Positions 1-8,584 of a DNA stretch of 64,000 bases are shown here, piece by piece. A model generated the notes under the pieces. The model made no database searches, was not told the origin of the DNA, and saw only the letters and a program-made list of their open reading frames with translations. The stretch's first letter is position 1. The number at the start of each line of letters is the position of its first letter. The position numbers and the translations under genes are program-made. The DNA lies in IMG/VR virus record IMGVR_UViG_3300030376_006394, positions 21,212-85,211 of that record; one strand, written 5' to 3'. The DNA comes from a virus (Duplodnaviria > Caudoviricetes).

Positions 1-2
1 TG

Positions 3-197
3 GATGCGTGGAACAAGATCAAGGATGAATGGTATCTACCAGCGATGTATGACAACGCAAATCCTTTTGCAGGTAAGCCAGCAGATGCCAAGCCTCCAGG
101 GCTGCCACACAGCGTCAGGGATGACTACGGAGCTGACGTAGAGTTGCCTAGTTCGACCGCTCAGTCGGACAAAGAGATGCCGGGAGAATGGGATTGA
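3..197 (+). CDS. 3' end of a gene running in from the left edge; acidic tail, possibly ssDNA-binding or recombination protein
   Basis: Open frame 3 (DAWNKIKDEWYLPAMYDNANPF...DKEMPGEWD*), stop at 195-197; acidic aromatic C-terminus is typical of phage SSBs. Confidence 0.45.
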   Translation, partial: DAWNKIKDEWYLPAMYDNANPFAGKPADAKPPGLPHSVRDDYGADVELPSSTAQSDKEMPGEWD

Positions 198-262
198 TTG
201 TTACTATCTCTTAACGTAAGTAACCTTTGTCTCTCGAAATCTTAAAAATATAGGTATTCAGT

Positions 263-304
263 GTATCATATGATACGTAAAATGCATACAAGGTTACATA
301 CTGT
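263..304 (+). promoter_or_regulatory. Candidate NtcA-activated promoter
   Basis: GTA-TCATATGA-TAC palindrome at 263-276, then exactly 22 nt, then TACTGT (TAN3T) at 299-304, in an intergenic gap. Confidence 0.5.
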
Positions 305-399
305 TACTGAGCAATATAACTCAGGTTTACATATTGATAGAAAGATATAAATTAAACTGATCCTGACAGGCTAGATCTGTCCTATGCTTCCTGACACCG

Positions 400-687
400 A
401 TGTCCCATCAAGAAGATGTTTTTGATGGTTTTAGCGAGGAAGTTGTAGCACATTATTTATCACTGTTAGACCGTTTTGATTTCCTTTTAATCGATATCAA
501 AATCATACCTTTAACAGAATTTAAATTAGATACTTTCCAGGGAATGCAAAATCTAAATACACTAAGAGAAGCGTTGATAGTATTGAAGATTATTGGAAAA
601 ATACATAACTACAAAATTGATGTAAATTCTTCAGGTTCTTATCTTTGTGTTCAATACAAATCACCACCCGTCCTTACAAGGGCTTAA
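400..687 (+). CDS. Hypothetical protein
   Basis: 95-aa ORF from ATG after an intergenic gap. Confidence 0.6.
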   Translation: MSHQEDVFDGFSEEVVAHYLSLLDRFDFLLIDIKIIPLTEFKLDTFQGMQNLNTLREALIVLKIIGKIHNYKIDVNSSGSYLCVQYKSPPVLTRA

Positions 688-838
688 ATCCGCTAAAACT
701 AGTACAGATGTTAAACGACTTATGGAGTCATACGGTCATCGCGTCTGTAATGAATCGTGGCAGCTACTAAGTCCGATTGAAAAAGCATCTTTGATCCTTG
801 CAAAAGAATTCGGAGGGACAATTATTCATGACGACTAA
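647..838 (+). CDS. Hypothetical protein
   Basis: 63-aa ORF packed between its neighbours. Confidence 0.5.
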   Translation: MFNTNHHPSLQGLKSAKTSTDVKRLMESYGHRVCNESWQLLSPIEKASLILAKEFGGTIIHDD

Positions 839-1193
839 ACCATCAGACGACAACTTGAATCAATATGCATTACTAAAGGAACAAGTTAAGCAGCAAAAAG
901 AAACGAATCGATTGCTTTCTGAACTTGTCTACTTGCTTAATGGGTTTACCAATGGAGGCTCAAGCCTCAATGGTATTGTTCCAGGTTTGGATTTTCTTGC
1001 TTATTTACATGTCATAGGACCAGCCCTTGCTAGACATTTAGACGATAAGATTGGACCAGAGGAAATCAAGAAAGGTGGAGTACATCTAGCCCAAAGTTGT
1101 GTAGAAGAATTCTCCGCTTTCTCCTCCTGCCAAGACCCTAAAGATAAGGTTATTAGTTCACTTGAATTCCTAAACAATCCTGGCTCTGATTAA
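828..1193 (+). CDS. Hypothetical protein
   Basis: ATG at 828 preceded by GGAGG; overlaps the upstream stop. Confidence 0.7.
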   Translation: MTTKPSDDNLNQYALLKEQVKQQKETNRLLSELVYLLNGFTNGGSSLNGIVPGLDFLAYLHVIGPALARHLDDKIGPEEIKKGGVHLAQSCVEEFSAFSSCQDPKDKVISSLEFLNNPGSD

Positions 1194-1261
1194 TACTCAA
1201 ACGACCTAACAACAGGTTTTGTAAGAAAGCGTTACATTATATATATCTTTTAGCTAACAAT

Positions 1262-2113
1262 ATGCTCGCCACACGTTTCGAGATAAACGGTGAAAGGCAT
1301 TATCGAACAGGTGATAAACCTGATAAAGCATATCCCTCAGTTACGACAATACTGGGCAAATGCGCATCCGAATCTTCTAAAAAAGCTTTAAGGAATTGGA
1401 TAGCTAAGAACCCAGGAGGTTCCGCAGCCGCAGCAGCAAGAGGGACAGCGGTACATGAAGCCTGCGAGGCGTATATTCGAGGGAAAGAAATAACAATAGA
1501 AGAAGAATACCTACCATTTTGGGATGGATTATCTAAACATTTAGATCGTTACGATGAATTTCTGTGGTCAGAAATGCCACTACGTCCTGAGTGGGCTTAT
1601 TGCACAGGAGATGATGGTATTAGTCGCGTCTGGTCCCACAAATATCAATACTGTGGATGTCCTGATTTAATAGGAGTCAGGAATGATACCGTCATTATTG
1701 GAGACTTTAAAACTAGTAACCAGCCATACTCTCGTTATTACCCAAAAGGAAAAGATGATCGATCTCGTTTTACTGGATGGAACAAATTCAATAAATGTGC
1801 CATGCAACTTGGGGCTTATTCCATTGCAATAGAGGAAAGCCTTGGTCTAGTTATTGACTGTGCTCAAATCATTGTCTCAACTCCTGAGATAGATCAAAGT
1901 TTTATTTTGAATACCGCAGAACTTGATAAATATAAAACGAAGTGGCTACAGAAGATTCGCAAATATCAAGAGATAAAAGCAGAAGAAGAGAAAGCCAAAC
2001 ATATCCTTAAAGAGTTGAAAGAGGAACTAGAAAATTCCAGGGATGATCTGACCAGTAGTGATGTAAGCACCGACACCAGCAACAAAGCCGATCATTGCAA
2101 GGCGACCGTTTAA
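1262..2113 (+). CDS. PD-(D/E)XK exonuclease (Cas4/MGME1-like phage nuclease)
   Basis: Motifs YPSVTTILG, RGTAVHEACE, GCPDL, DFKTS, QLGAY. Confidence 0.88.
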   Translation: MLATRFEINGERHYRTGDKPDKAYPSVTTILGKCASESSKKALRNWIAKNPGGSAAAAARGTAVHEACEAYIRGKEITIEEEYLPFWDGLSKHLDRYDEFLWSEMPLRPEWAYCTGDDGISRVWSHKYQYCGCPDLIGVRNDTVIIGDFKTSNQPYSRYYPKGKDDRSRFTGWNKFNKCAMQLGAYSIAIEESLGLVIDCAQIIVSTPEIDQSFILNTAELDKYKTKWLQKIRKYQEIKAEEEKAKHILKELKEELENSRDDLTSSDVSTDTSNKADHCKATV

Positions 2114-2224
2114 CAACTCAGATTCTTTGATGTATCCCTTATATTCCTCTACTAATTGTGGTTCAGCTTCTTTGGCGAAAATATTTTGCTTACCGTATTC
2201 AGTAGTGACAGAAGAATTAGTCAT
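2027..2224 (-). CDS. hli: High-light-inducible protein
   Basis: ELLNGRLAMIGFVAGVGAYITTGQIIPGIF, with the AKE-P N-terminal region typical of multicopy hli. Confidence 0.95.
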   Translation of the reverse strand: MTNSSVTTEYGKQNIFAKEAEPQLVEEYKGYIKESELLNGRLAMIGFVAGVGAYITTGQIIPGIF

Positions 2225-2331
2225 TAGAAAATTCCTGGGATGATTTGACCAGTCGTTGCGTATGCACCGAATGCTGCGACGATGCCAAGCATTGCCATCC
2301 AGCCATTAAACTTTTCTGCTTCAGGTGTCAT
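2224..2331 (-). CDS. hli: High-light-inducible protein, 35 aa (not in ORF track)
   Basis: Manual translation MTPEAEKFNGWMAMLGIVAAFGAYATTGQIIPGIF*; TAATG coupling to the next hli. Confidence 0.95.
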   Translation of the reverse strand: MTPEAEKFNGWMAMLGIVAAFGAYATTGQIIPGIF

Positions 2332-2360
2332 CAGAGACGTAAATTTAATAATTCCTTTCT

Positions 2361-2380
2361 ATTGTAGTAAGTATTTATAC
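2361..2380 (-). promoter_or_regulatory. hli promoter -10 (TACAAT) abutted by a GTA-N8-TAC box
   Basis: Minus strand reads GTA-TAAATACT-TAC-TACAAT, 30-50 nt upstream of the hli ATG. Confidence 0.4.
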
Positions 2381-2595
2381 TCTATATTCTATCTGTCGAT
2401 GTGACAGCCGAACACTTTAATAGAATTGAAATGAAATCCAAACAGAGTTAATGGATAAACCAAAGCTTTTATATACAACTGAGAAAGGCGGAACTGTCCA
2501 TACCTATCAATTGACTGGAGGAAAGAGTGAATTTAATCGTTACCTGAGCTGTTACTTAGGTAGTTGTCAATTCAATAACGACTTAGATGGAGCGG

Positions 2596-2976
2596 CTAAG
2601 CATTTGGTTCTGATTGAGCCTCCTGATTAAGAACATCAGCAGTAATTTTTAAAGAATGCTGCGTAAGTTCAGGAATTAAATTTCCTTCGGCTAGCTCGTA
2701 CAGAACTCCGATCATGAAACAATAGTGATGAGTCTTCAATTGTTTCGTTACTTGATCCCGGAAAAATTCAATCGTTATAATTGGCTTCCCTATGAAAATA
2801 CTTTTAATCCTGGGCAACCATTCTTGAGGTATCATGTGGAACTTGTTATCTCTTATTAATTCTTGCCATAGATCTTCTCTTGACATTACTTCTGATCTTG
2901 CAATCTTTCTAAATTGATCAGAAATTAAATCTTGATACTTTTTTGCGTCCTCAAGAGTTATTTGACATCTGTTCAT
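2596..2976 (-). CDS. Hypothetical protein
   Basis: 126-aa ORF translationally coupled to the repressor-like gene. Confidence 0.7.
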   Translation of the reverse strand: MNRCQITLEDAKKYQDLISDQFRKIARSEVMSREDLWQELIRDNKFHMIPQEWLPRIKSIFIGKPIITIEFFRDQVTKQLKTHHYCFMIGVLYELAEGNLIPELTQHSLKITADVLNQEAQSEPNA

Positions 2977-3755
2977 TATGCAAACTTTGTCAATTCAAAT
3001 GTTTTATTTTCTTTAGTAGCTAATTGAGCAATATATAGTTCTGCGTTATGAACCAATTCAGCATACTCTTCTTTCAGAGGTAGATTACTCATTGTCCTAA
3101 ACGCTGTCATTACTGGGCATCTTCCGTATGTAAATGCGATCTCTTTCATGGCCTCTAGAGTAAAAACCTCTTCTCCAACAAAGACATCAAGTATTCCATT
3201 CAAATGTTCTTCTTTAATAAGTTCACTCATCCCTTGTTTTAAAAATAACTGCCACGCATCTTTTGCATTTAACACTTCAGCTCTTTGTATATCTTTAAAA
3301 TGTTTAGCCGCGAATTCACCTATTTTCTTGAACTCTTCTGGGGTTGGTTTCTTAACCTCTGGAGTTTTAGCAGGACGGAACAGAGTCTTCTGATTGTTTA
3401 CTGACTGACTCTCTGATAATGCAGTTAAAATCTTTGATAGATCTTCTGCTCCAGATTCACTTTTAATCCAAGAAGACACAACATCAATATCTACTTGATC
3501 GCCATAATGTCCAGTATCAAAATAGTTATAAAGACTTTCAGTCGTGACACCTAACTGAGCAGCTAAACCTCTCGTAATTCTTGTCTTAACGTCGAATGGA
3601 TCGACCATTTCTCTACGATATTTGTTCAGGGTTCCAATCGTAATATCAAGTCTTGTGCAAAGAGTTCGTTGAGAGCATTTGCCAACTGCTAAAGCTTGAT
3701 TAATAGCTCGAACAAATAACTTTTTACGTTCACTAACTGATAGAGAATTTGTCAT
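2976..3755 (-). CDS. XRE-family HTH protein, putative phage repressor
   Basis: N-terminal HTH pattern SQRTLCTRLDITIGTLNKYRRE...ITRGLAAQLGVTTESL; transcribed divergently from the primase gene. Confidence 0.7.
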   Translation of the reverse strand: MTNSLSVSERKKLFVRAINQALAVGKCSQRTLCTRLDITIGTLNKYRREMVDPFDVKTRITRGLAAQLGVTTESLYNYFDTGHYGDQVDIDVVSSWIKSESGAEDLSKILTALSESQSVNNQKTLFRPAKTPEVKKPTPEEFKKIGEFAAKHFKDIQRAEVLNAKDAWQLFLKQGMSELIKEEHLNGILDVFVGEEVFTLEAMKEIAFTYGRCPVMTAFRTMSNLPLKEEYAELVHNAELYIAQLATKENKTFELTKFA

Positions 3756-4165
3756 AGTAGTAATTGTTTAGTTAGTAGCTCTCTGGTAATCAAAAGATAA
3801 CCAATGTAGTAGCCCATGTGCGGGCCTAACGTGTTAAGGAATACTTAGTTAGGTATGTATTCGATTACAAACATAATAGGTTTTGAATACCCTGTCATCC
3901 AGATTTGTACTTATGCAGCTATTTGACAGCTATATCTGTAACATTTTGTTATTTAGTTGCATGTTCTGACAGAAAGTGTTCGTGCTGGACATAACAAAGA
4001 TAACGATCATCATATTAACTCATCAAAAATACAAAAGAATTATTCCGTCAAACTCTTTTTATTAGAGTCAGAGTTACCCCTGTTACATTGCGTCCGTTTC
4101 AGAAGTAACAATAAGTTGCACTTTTTGCTTACTGTGTCAACCTGTAATTCCACCGAGCAATCAAA

Positions 4166-6556
4166 TTGATTGATTTTTCTATACAACGCCTGATTCGAAA
4201 CAAGCCAGCTTTCTTCAAGCAGGAATATGCCGATAACTGGGAGCCCAACTCTAGTAATCTAGAAGATTTAGTTGCTTTAGTTAAGCAAGGTTACGCTTTT
4301 GTTCCAGTAAAGATGAAAAGCAGCCATCGCAACAGCATGGCGTTCGAGTCCAGTTCCCTTGTCGTTGTTGATATCGACTCTGGACAAACTATTGATGAAT
4401 TCAAAGAACATAAGTTATATCCGTTTGCTTGCTGGGCTTATACAACTCCAAGTCACAACCCAGCAGAGGGTAAGCATCGCTTCCGTGTGATCTTCAGACT
4501 GCCTGAAGTTATTTATGACCCAGATATTTACAGAGAAATCGTCAAGATCCTGATCAATGAATTAGGTGGCGATACTTCATGCACTGATCCCTGTCGACTT
4601 TATTACGGTAATACCGAGGCGCAGGAACTTCTCAAGAATCATGAAGCTGTTCTAACTGCTGAAATTATTGAGAAAGGAAGTAAAAACTTAGAAATCAAAA
4701 AGAAAACTTATGATCCTCGTTTCAACAATGGCTGCGATGATCATTCCATTGCTTTAGCGATTTACTGCTTAGAAACTGTCATCACTCCAACGGGTGACGG
4801 TGAAAGAGATAAGTTTACGAAAGTCACTGCTGCTGCCTCATCTGCTGGAGACGATCTTTATAACGCATGGCACGAGTGGGCTAAACAATGCCATCACACT
4901 CAGGACGACAAACAAAAAAGAAGATCACATCAATTAGAAGAGAAATTTTTCTACGGGTTTAGAGGGACATCTCTTGCAAGTTTGTTCTTCATCGCTAATG
5001 AAGACAACCCAAGCTGGCGAGACGATTTACCTGACGAACTCAGGAACAATAAAGAGTATCAATTAAATATGCACGGCAATGGTTTCCAATGCGGTGGATA
5101 TGAACATTCTCAATTCCTTGGACTTGATGATGACTATTGGGATGGTCAAGAAGAAGATACAACCGAAGGACTCTTCTCGAACAATCCGACCTGGACCGCG
5201 AGTGCTTCTCATGATGAACCTGACGATCCAGAAGAAGATGTTGATTCCTTATTCGACCAACAAGGCAATCCTTCCCAAGATCAAGAGGCTGATGATCAGC
5301 AACCTCGGCAGGGGAGAGGACGAGCTGGTGAGAACCAAGTCTCTAGGATTCGAGAACTACTTGCTAACTCATATCCAGGGTTAAGGCTCAATGAGATGAA
5401 TCAAACGCTGGAGTACGGACCGCATGGTTACCCCATCGAGATTGATGACCCTACACATATGTATCTCAGACTCAGCGAGAGGGAGGGTACGACCTTCCAG
5501 AAAACAATTGTCTTCGACATGGCTCATGTTGTTGGCAAAGCTAATGCTTACCACCCCGTTAAGAACTACTTAGAGCTTTGCGCTCAGAAGTATGACCCGA
5601 TTCCATACTTTGAAACTTTGGCATCCGAATTACTTGGGGTATCTGATGACCAAACTCAGAATCCAAGAATGCCTGATGGTTCTAAGTTTGCAGACACCAT
5701 CTTGAAACGATTCCTGATTGGCTGCGTTGCCAGAGTTATCAACCCTGGATGTAGGCATGACTGGATGCCTGTTCTTGTTGGCGATCAGAACTGCGGTAAG
5801 TCAACATTCTTCCAGTACTTAACACCTCCCAGTCTTTCTGATCCAGGAATTTATAGCTGGGTAACGACAATGCAGATGTCAATTGAATATCTCAAAGATA
5901 AGCCGCATGCATTGCATAGTGGTTGGATTGTCGTCATGGATGAATTTGAGCGGTACACAAAGAGGAAATATTCTGAGGAATTAAAGAACTTAGTTTCTGT
6001 TGGTGTTGATCGCTCTGCTCGTAAGTACGAGAACGAACGCAGCTACAAGAGAGCTTTTGTTTTAGCTGGTGCTACTAACTCTGCTGATTTCTTATGTGAT
6101 CCAACTGGTAACCGCCGATTTATGCCCATCCTTGTAGAGGGCAAAGTTCCCTCTCCGCAGAATCCAGAGATTAAGATCATCGACCTTGACCGATTAAAAG
6201 AAGATCGTGGTCGCATCTGGTCTGCTGCATATAAAGCTTTCCAGTCTGGCGAATCTAATGTGCTGACTAGTCATGAACTTAGCTACATCAATGAATACGC
6301 GGACTCATTTACTAGGGACAATTCGATGGAGGCAACTCTCGATGAAAAGCTCACCGTTAATACAAGCGGCTATGAGAATATTTCAGGTAAGGCTTACTAC
6401 ACGCTGAAGGATATTTTCCAGTGGTTAGATATTCCGATTACTAATCACAGGCAAATGACACCCGAAATTGTTGATTGTCTAAAAAGAAGAGGTCTTAAAA
6501 AGAAAACAATCCGAAGAAATAATAAACAAATTAGAGTTTGGATCACTCAAAATTAG
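4166..6556 (+). CDS. Primase-helicase with C-terminal VapE-like P-loop domain
   Basis: N-terminal primase-like motifs (VVVDID, HRFRVIF), PriCT-like helical segment, acidic linker, Walker A GDQNCGKST, Walker B VVMDE, GATN...DPTGNRRF. Confidence 0.88.
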   Translation: MIDFSIQRLIRNKPAFFKQEYADNWEPNSSNLEDLVALVKQGYAFVPVKMKSSHRNSMAFESSSLVVVDIDSGQTIDEFKEHKLYPFACWAYTTPSHNPAEGKHRFRVIFRLPEVIYDPDIYREIVKILINELGGDTSCTDPCRLYYGNTEAQELLKNHEAVLTAEIIEKGSKNLEIKKKTYDPRFNNGCDDHSIALAIYCLETVITPTGDGERDKFTKVTAAASSAGDDLYNAWHEWAKQCHHTQDDKQKRRSHQLEEKFFYGFRGTSLASLFFIANEDNPSWRDDLPDELRNNKEYQLNMHGNGFQCGGYEHSQFLGLDDDYWDGQEEDTTEGLFSNNPTWTASASHDEPDDPEEDVDSLFDQQGNPSQDQEADDQQPRQGRGRAGENQVSRIRELLANSYPGLRLNEMNQTLEYGPHGYPIEIDDPTHMYLRLSEREGTTFQKTIVFDMAHVVGKANAYHPVKNYLELCAQKYDPIPYFETLASELLGVSDDQTQNPRMPDGSKFADTILKRFLIGCVARVINPGCRHDWMPVLVGDQNCGKSTFFQYLTPPSLSDPGIYSWVTTMQMSIEYLKDKPHALHSGWIVVMDEFERYTKRKYSEELKNLVSVGVDRSARKYENERSYKRAFVLAGATNSADFLCDPTGNRRFMPILVEGKVPSPQNPEIKIIDLDRLKEDRGRIWSAAYKAFQSGESNVLTSHELSYINEYADSFTRDNSMEATLDEKLTVNTSGYENISGKAYYTLKDIFQWLDIPITNHRQMTPEIVDCLKRRGLKKKTIRRNNKQIRVWITQN

Positions 6557-6583
6557 TCGTCTTATTTACATCTCATGAGAACT

Positions 6584-6617
6584 GATCGCCTCCCTCTCTG
6601 GGTTTGGCGATCTTTTT
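6584..6617 (+). terminator. Rho-independent terminator after primase-helicase
   Basis: GATCGCC...GGCGATC stem followed by TTTTT. Confidence 0.75.
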
Positions 6618-6889
6618 ATTTAGGGTGTTACATCTAACTTCCTGCGGATCCATTACTACTTAATGAGTCTCATTTCTGCGTTACCCGTGTACATGCTCCA
6701 GATAGACCTTTGTAGGAAATAAAACTCTGCTGATTCATATTCTTACCCTTTACAAATCTCCTACAATTAAAGAAATCGAATAAAGAAGAAAGAAATAAAG
6801 GGAGGGAATTTCCCAGAAAGGTTAAGGGGAGCATGTCACAGGTGTACCACGTAACACCTCTTACAATGTGATCACTCTGTCTACCACCC

Positions 6890-7210
6890 ATGAATAGTCA
6901 CGTCTTCGTTGATCATCCTATGTATGTCATTGATCGGCCTCTCGTTGATTCAATTATCTGCAAAGACAAGAAGGATTTAACCAATCAAGACATCGTTGAC
7001 CTGGCAAGGCTTTTAAATCGATATACCTTTAACACTCTCCACTCCAACGACATCAGAACCGACATCCTTAGAACCTTGGATAAGTGGGGTAAAACAAATG
7101 AGCAACTCCAACTCAAGTCAAGGGAAATCTGGCAGAGCGGATGGAGACCTGGAGCTCTTGCAACCGAAGAGATCGGATCTGGCGCTGACGTAGAGGCTGG
7201 AGCTCTTTAA
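6890..7210 (+). CDS. DUF3288-like cyanobacterial protein
   Basis: HPMYVIDR...DLARLLNRY...DILRTLDKWG...REIWQSGWRPG matches my recollection of this family. Confidence 0.7.
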   Translation: MNSHVFVDHPMYVIDRPLVDSIICKDKKDLTNQDIVDLARLLNRYTFNTLHSNDIRTDILRTLDKWGKTNEQLQLKSREIWQSGWRPGALATEEIGSGADVEAGAL

Positions 7211-7341
7211 TGCTTCTCAGTTTCTAGTGGTGGTCCAAGAGATTTATATTCCAACTGCTTCTTTAAAAAACGTACTTCTTTTGTAAGCACGTCAACTTCT
7301 TTCTCCAGCACGTCGATGTGCTCTTGATAGATGATGATCAT
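7207..7341 (-). CDS. Small coiled-coil cyanophage protein, 44 aa (not in ORF track)
   Basis: MIIIYQEHIDVLEKEVDVLTKEVRFLKKQLEYKSLGPPLETEKH*. Confidence 0.65.
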   Translation of the reverse strand: MIIIYQEHIDVLEKEVDVLTKEVRFLKKQLEYKSLGPPLETEKH

Positions 7342-7381
7342 GCCTCTAAGTCTAGTAACTTAAAAAGTATTTATTTTTTCT

Positions 7382-7537
7382 TTATTTATTCTTCGTATTA
7401 GCGTAAACCTCAACATACGCCTTGCATGTCTCGCAGACTAATGTTGTGTGCAGATTAAATTCACCATCAGGAAAATCGTCGGAGCAATTCTGCTCTCCTT
7501 TCCAGATCAGTACTCCATGACAGTTATAACAAGTCAT
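7382..7537 (-). CDS. Small Zn-ribbon protein, 51 aa (not in ORF track)
   Basis: MTCYNCHGVLIW...LVCETCKAYVEVY; ATGA coupling; paralogue of 13488-13670. Confidence 0.75.
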   Translation of the reverse strand: MTCYNCHGVLIWKGEQNCSDDFPDGEFNLHTTLVCETCKAYVEVYANTKNK

Positions 7538-7749
7538 CTCCTTTTCCCTGTTTCAAGTTTCCTAATACGTGTCTCGTGATCTCTTAATTCTTCTTTTACA
7601 ATAATGATGTCTTTGGATACTTCACTTCTCAATAATTGAACCTCTCTAAGTATTGCTTCCATGCCTCTTTTCATGCTGCCTTGAGTAAAAGCAATACGCC
7701 ACAGAGCACCCGCAGTAGCAACACCAATAACAGAAATTACTTCAATCAT
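7534..7749 (-). CDS. Small membrane-anchored coiled-coil protein
   Basis: ATG at 7749 with GGAGG upstream; hydrophobic N-terminus, heptad-rich C-terminus. Confidence 0.65.
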   Translation of the reverse strand: MIEVISVIGVATAGALWRIAFTQGSMKRGMEAILREVQLLRSEVSKDIIIVKEELRDHETRIRKLETGKRR

Positions 7750-7773
7750 TAATAATCCTCCCTCTTTTATTCT

Positions 7774-8286
7774 ATGCAAAATTTAAAGCCGCCCAAAGCC
7801 CCTAAACATTGGGATCAACGCTTTCTTGTTTTAGCCTCACACATTGCAGGATGGTCAAAAGATCCATCAACCAAAGTAGGAGCTATTGCTGTAAGAGATA
7901 GACGTATTTTAGCTCAAGGATTTAATGGCCTTCCCGTTGGAATTACAGATTCAAATGCTCGTTTAGATGACCGTGATATTCGACTCTCGATGACCGTTCA
8001 TGCAGAGATGAATTGTGTTGCTTTCGCAGCAAAATCAGGAGTCTGCTTAGCGGGGTCGACAATGTATATCTGGCCCCTAATGACATGCAGTAATTGTGCT
8101 GCTGTTTTAATTCAAGCTGATATCAATAAGATCGTTGTTCCTGATTTTGTCGAACCAATTCGTTGGCAAGATTCTTTTAACACAGCAAGAGAAATGTTTA
8201 TCGAAGCTGGTATCGCTGTTCATCGTATTCCAATCCAAGGACCAATCGAGCCAGATGAGGAATATGAATCGACTAAAACCACTTAA
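7774..8286 (+). CDS. dCMP deaminase
   Basis: WSKDPSTKVGA, GFNG, HAEMN and CSNC zinc motifs. Confidence 0.92.
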   Translation: MQNLKPPKAPKHWDQRFLVLASHIAGWSKDPSTKVGAIAVRDRRILAQGFNGLPVGITDSNARLDDRDIRLSMTVHAEMNCVAFAAKSGVCLAGSTMYIWPLMTCSNCAAVLIQADINKIVVPDFVEPIRWQDSFNTAREMFIEAGIAVHRIPIQGPIEPDEEYESTKTT

Positions 8287-8341
8287 GACTTGCAGAAACT
8301 ATTAGATTGCTTACTGTAGCAATCAGTAAGTACGACCAGCA

Positions 8342-8584
8342 ATGAAGGATCTAAAGCTGGGTCACCGTGTTAAACACAAAACCGACGGTCGTCAGGGCAT
8401 GGTGTTTGGGGCTCAGCAGAAGATAGGCGTAGAAGACATCCTTGTTCCAATCGCCTTAGAAGGTTCTACTCGCAAAGAGCTTTGGCCTATTGATCAATTC
8501 AAGCTTTTGCCCAAGCCACAGCAACTTGTGGCTCTGGGTGGAAATTTTGTTCCTCCCAAAGGTTTTCCTCTCAATACAAAGTAA
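8342..8584 (+). CDS. Hypothetical protein, SH3-like
   Basis: LKLGHRVKHK..GRQGMV beta-barrel pattern; coupled to next ORF. Confidence 0.6.
   Translation: MKDLKLGHRVKHKTDGRQGMVFGAQQKIGVEDILVPIALEGSTRKELWPIDQFKLLPKPQQLVALGGNFVPPKGFPLNTK

Noticed and set aside
1262-2113. Cas4-like nuclease as a sign of a CRISPR system
   Set aside because: No repeat-spacer array or other cas genes were seen; stand-alone PD-(D/E)XK nucleases are common in phages
3957-4169. 70-aa ORF as a Cro-like gene
   Set aside because: No HTH pattern, weak start, and it lies in the AT-rich divergent regulatory gap
6670-6891. ORF or replication origin downstream of the primase-helicase
   Set aside because: The ORF has a low-complexity shadow composition, and I could not identify iterons to support an origin
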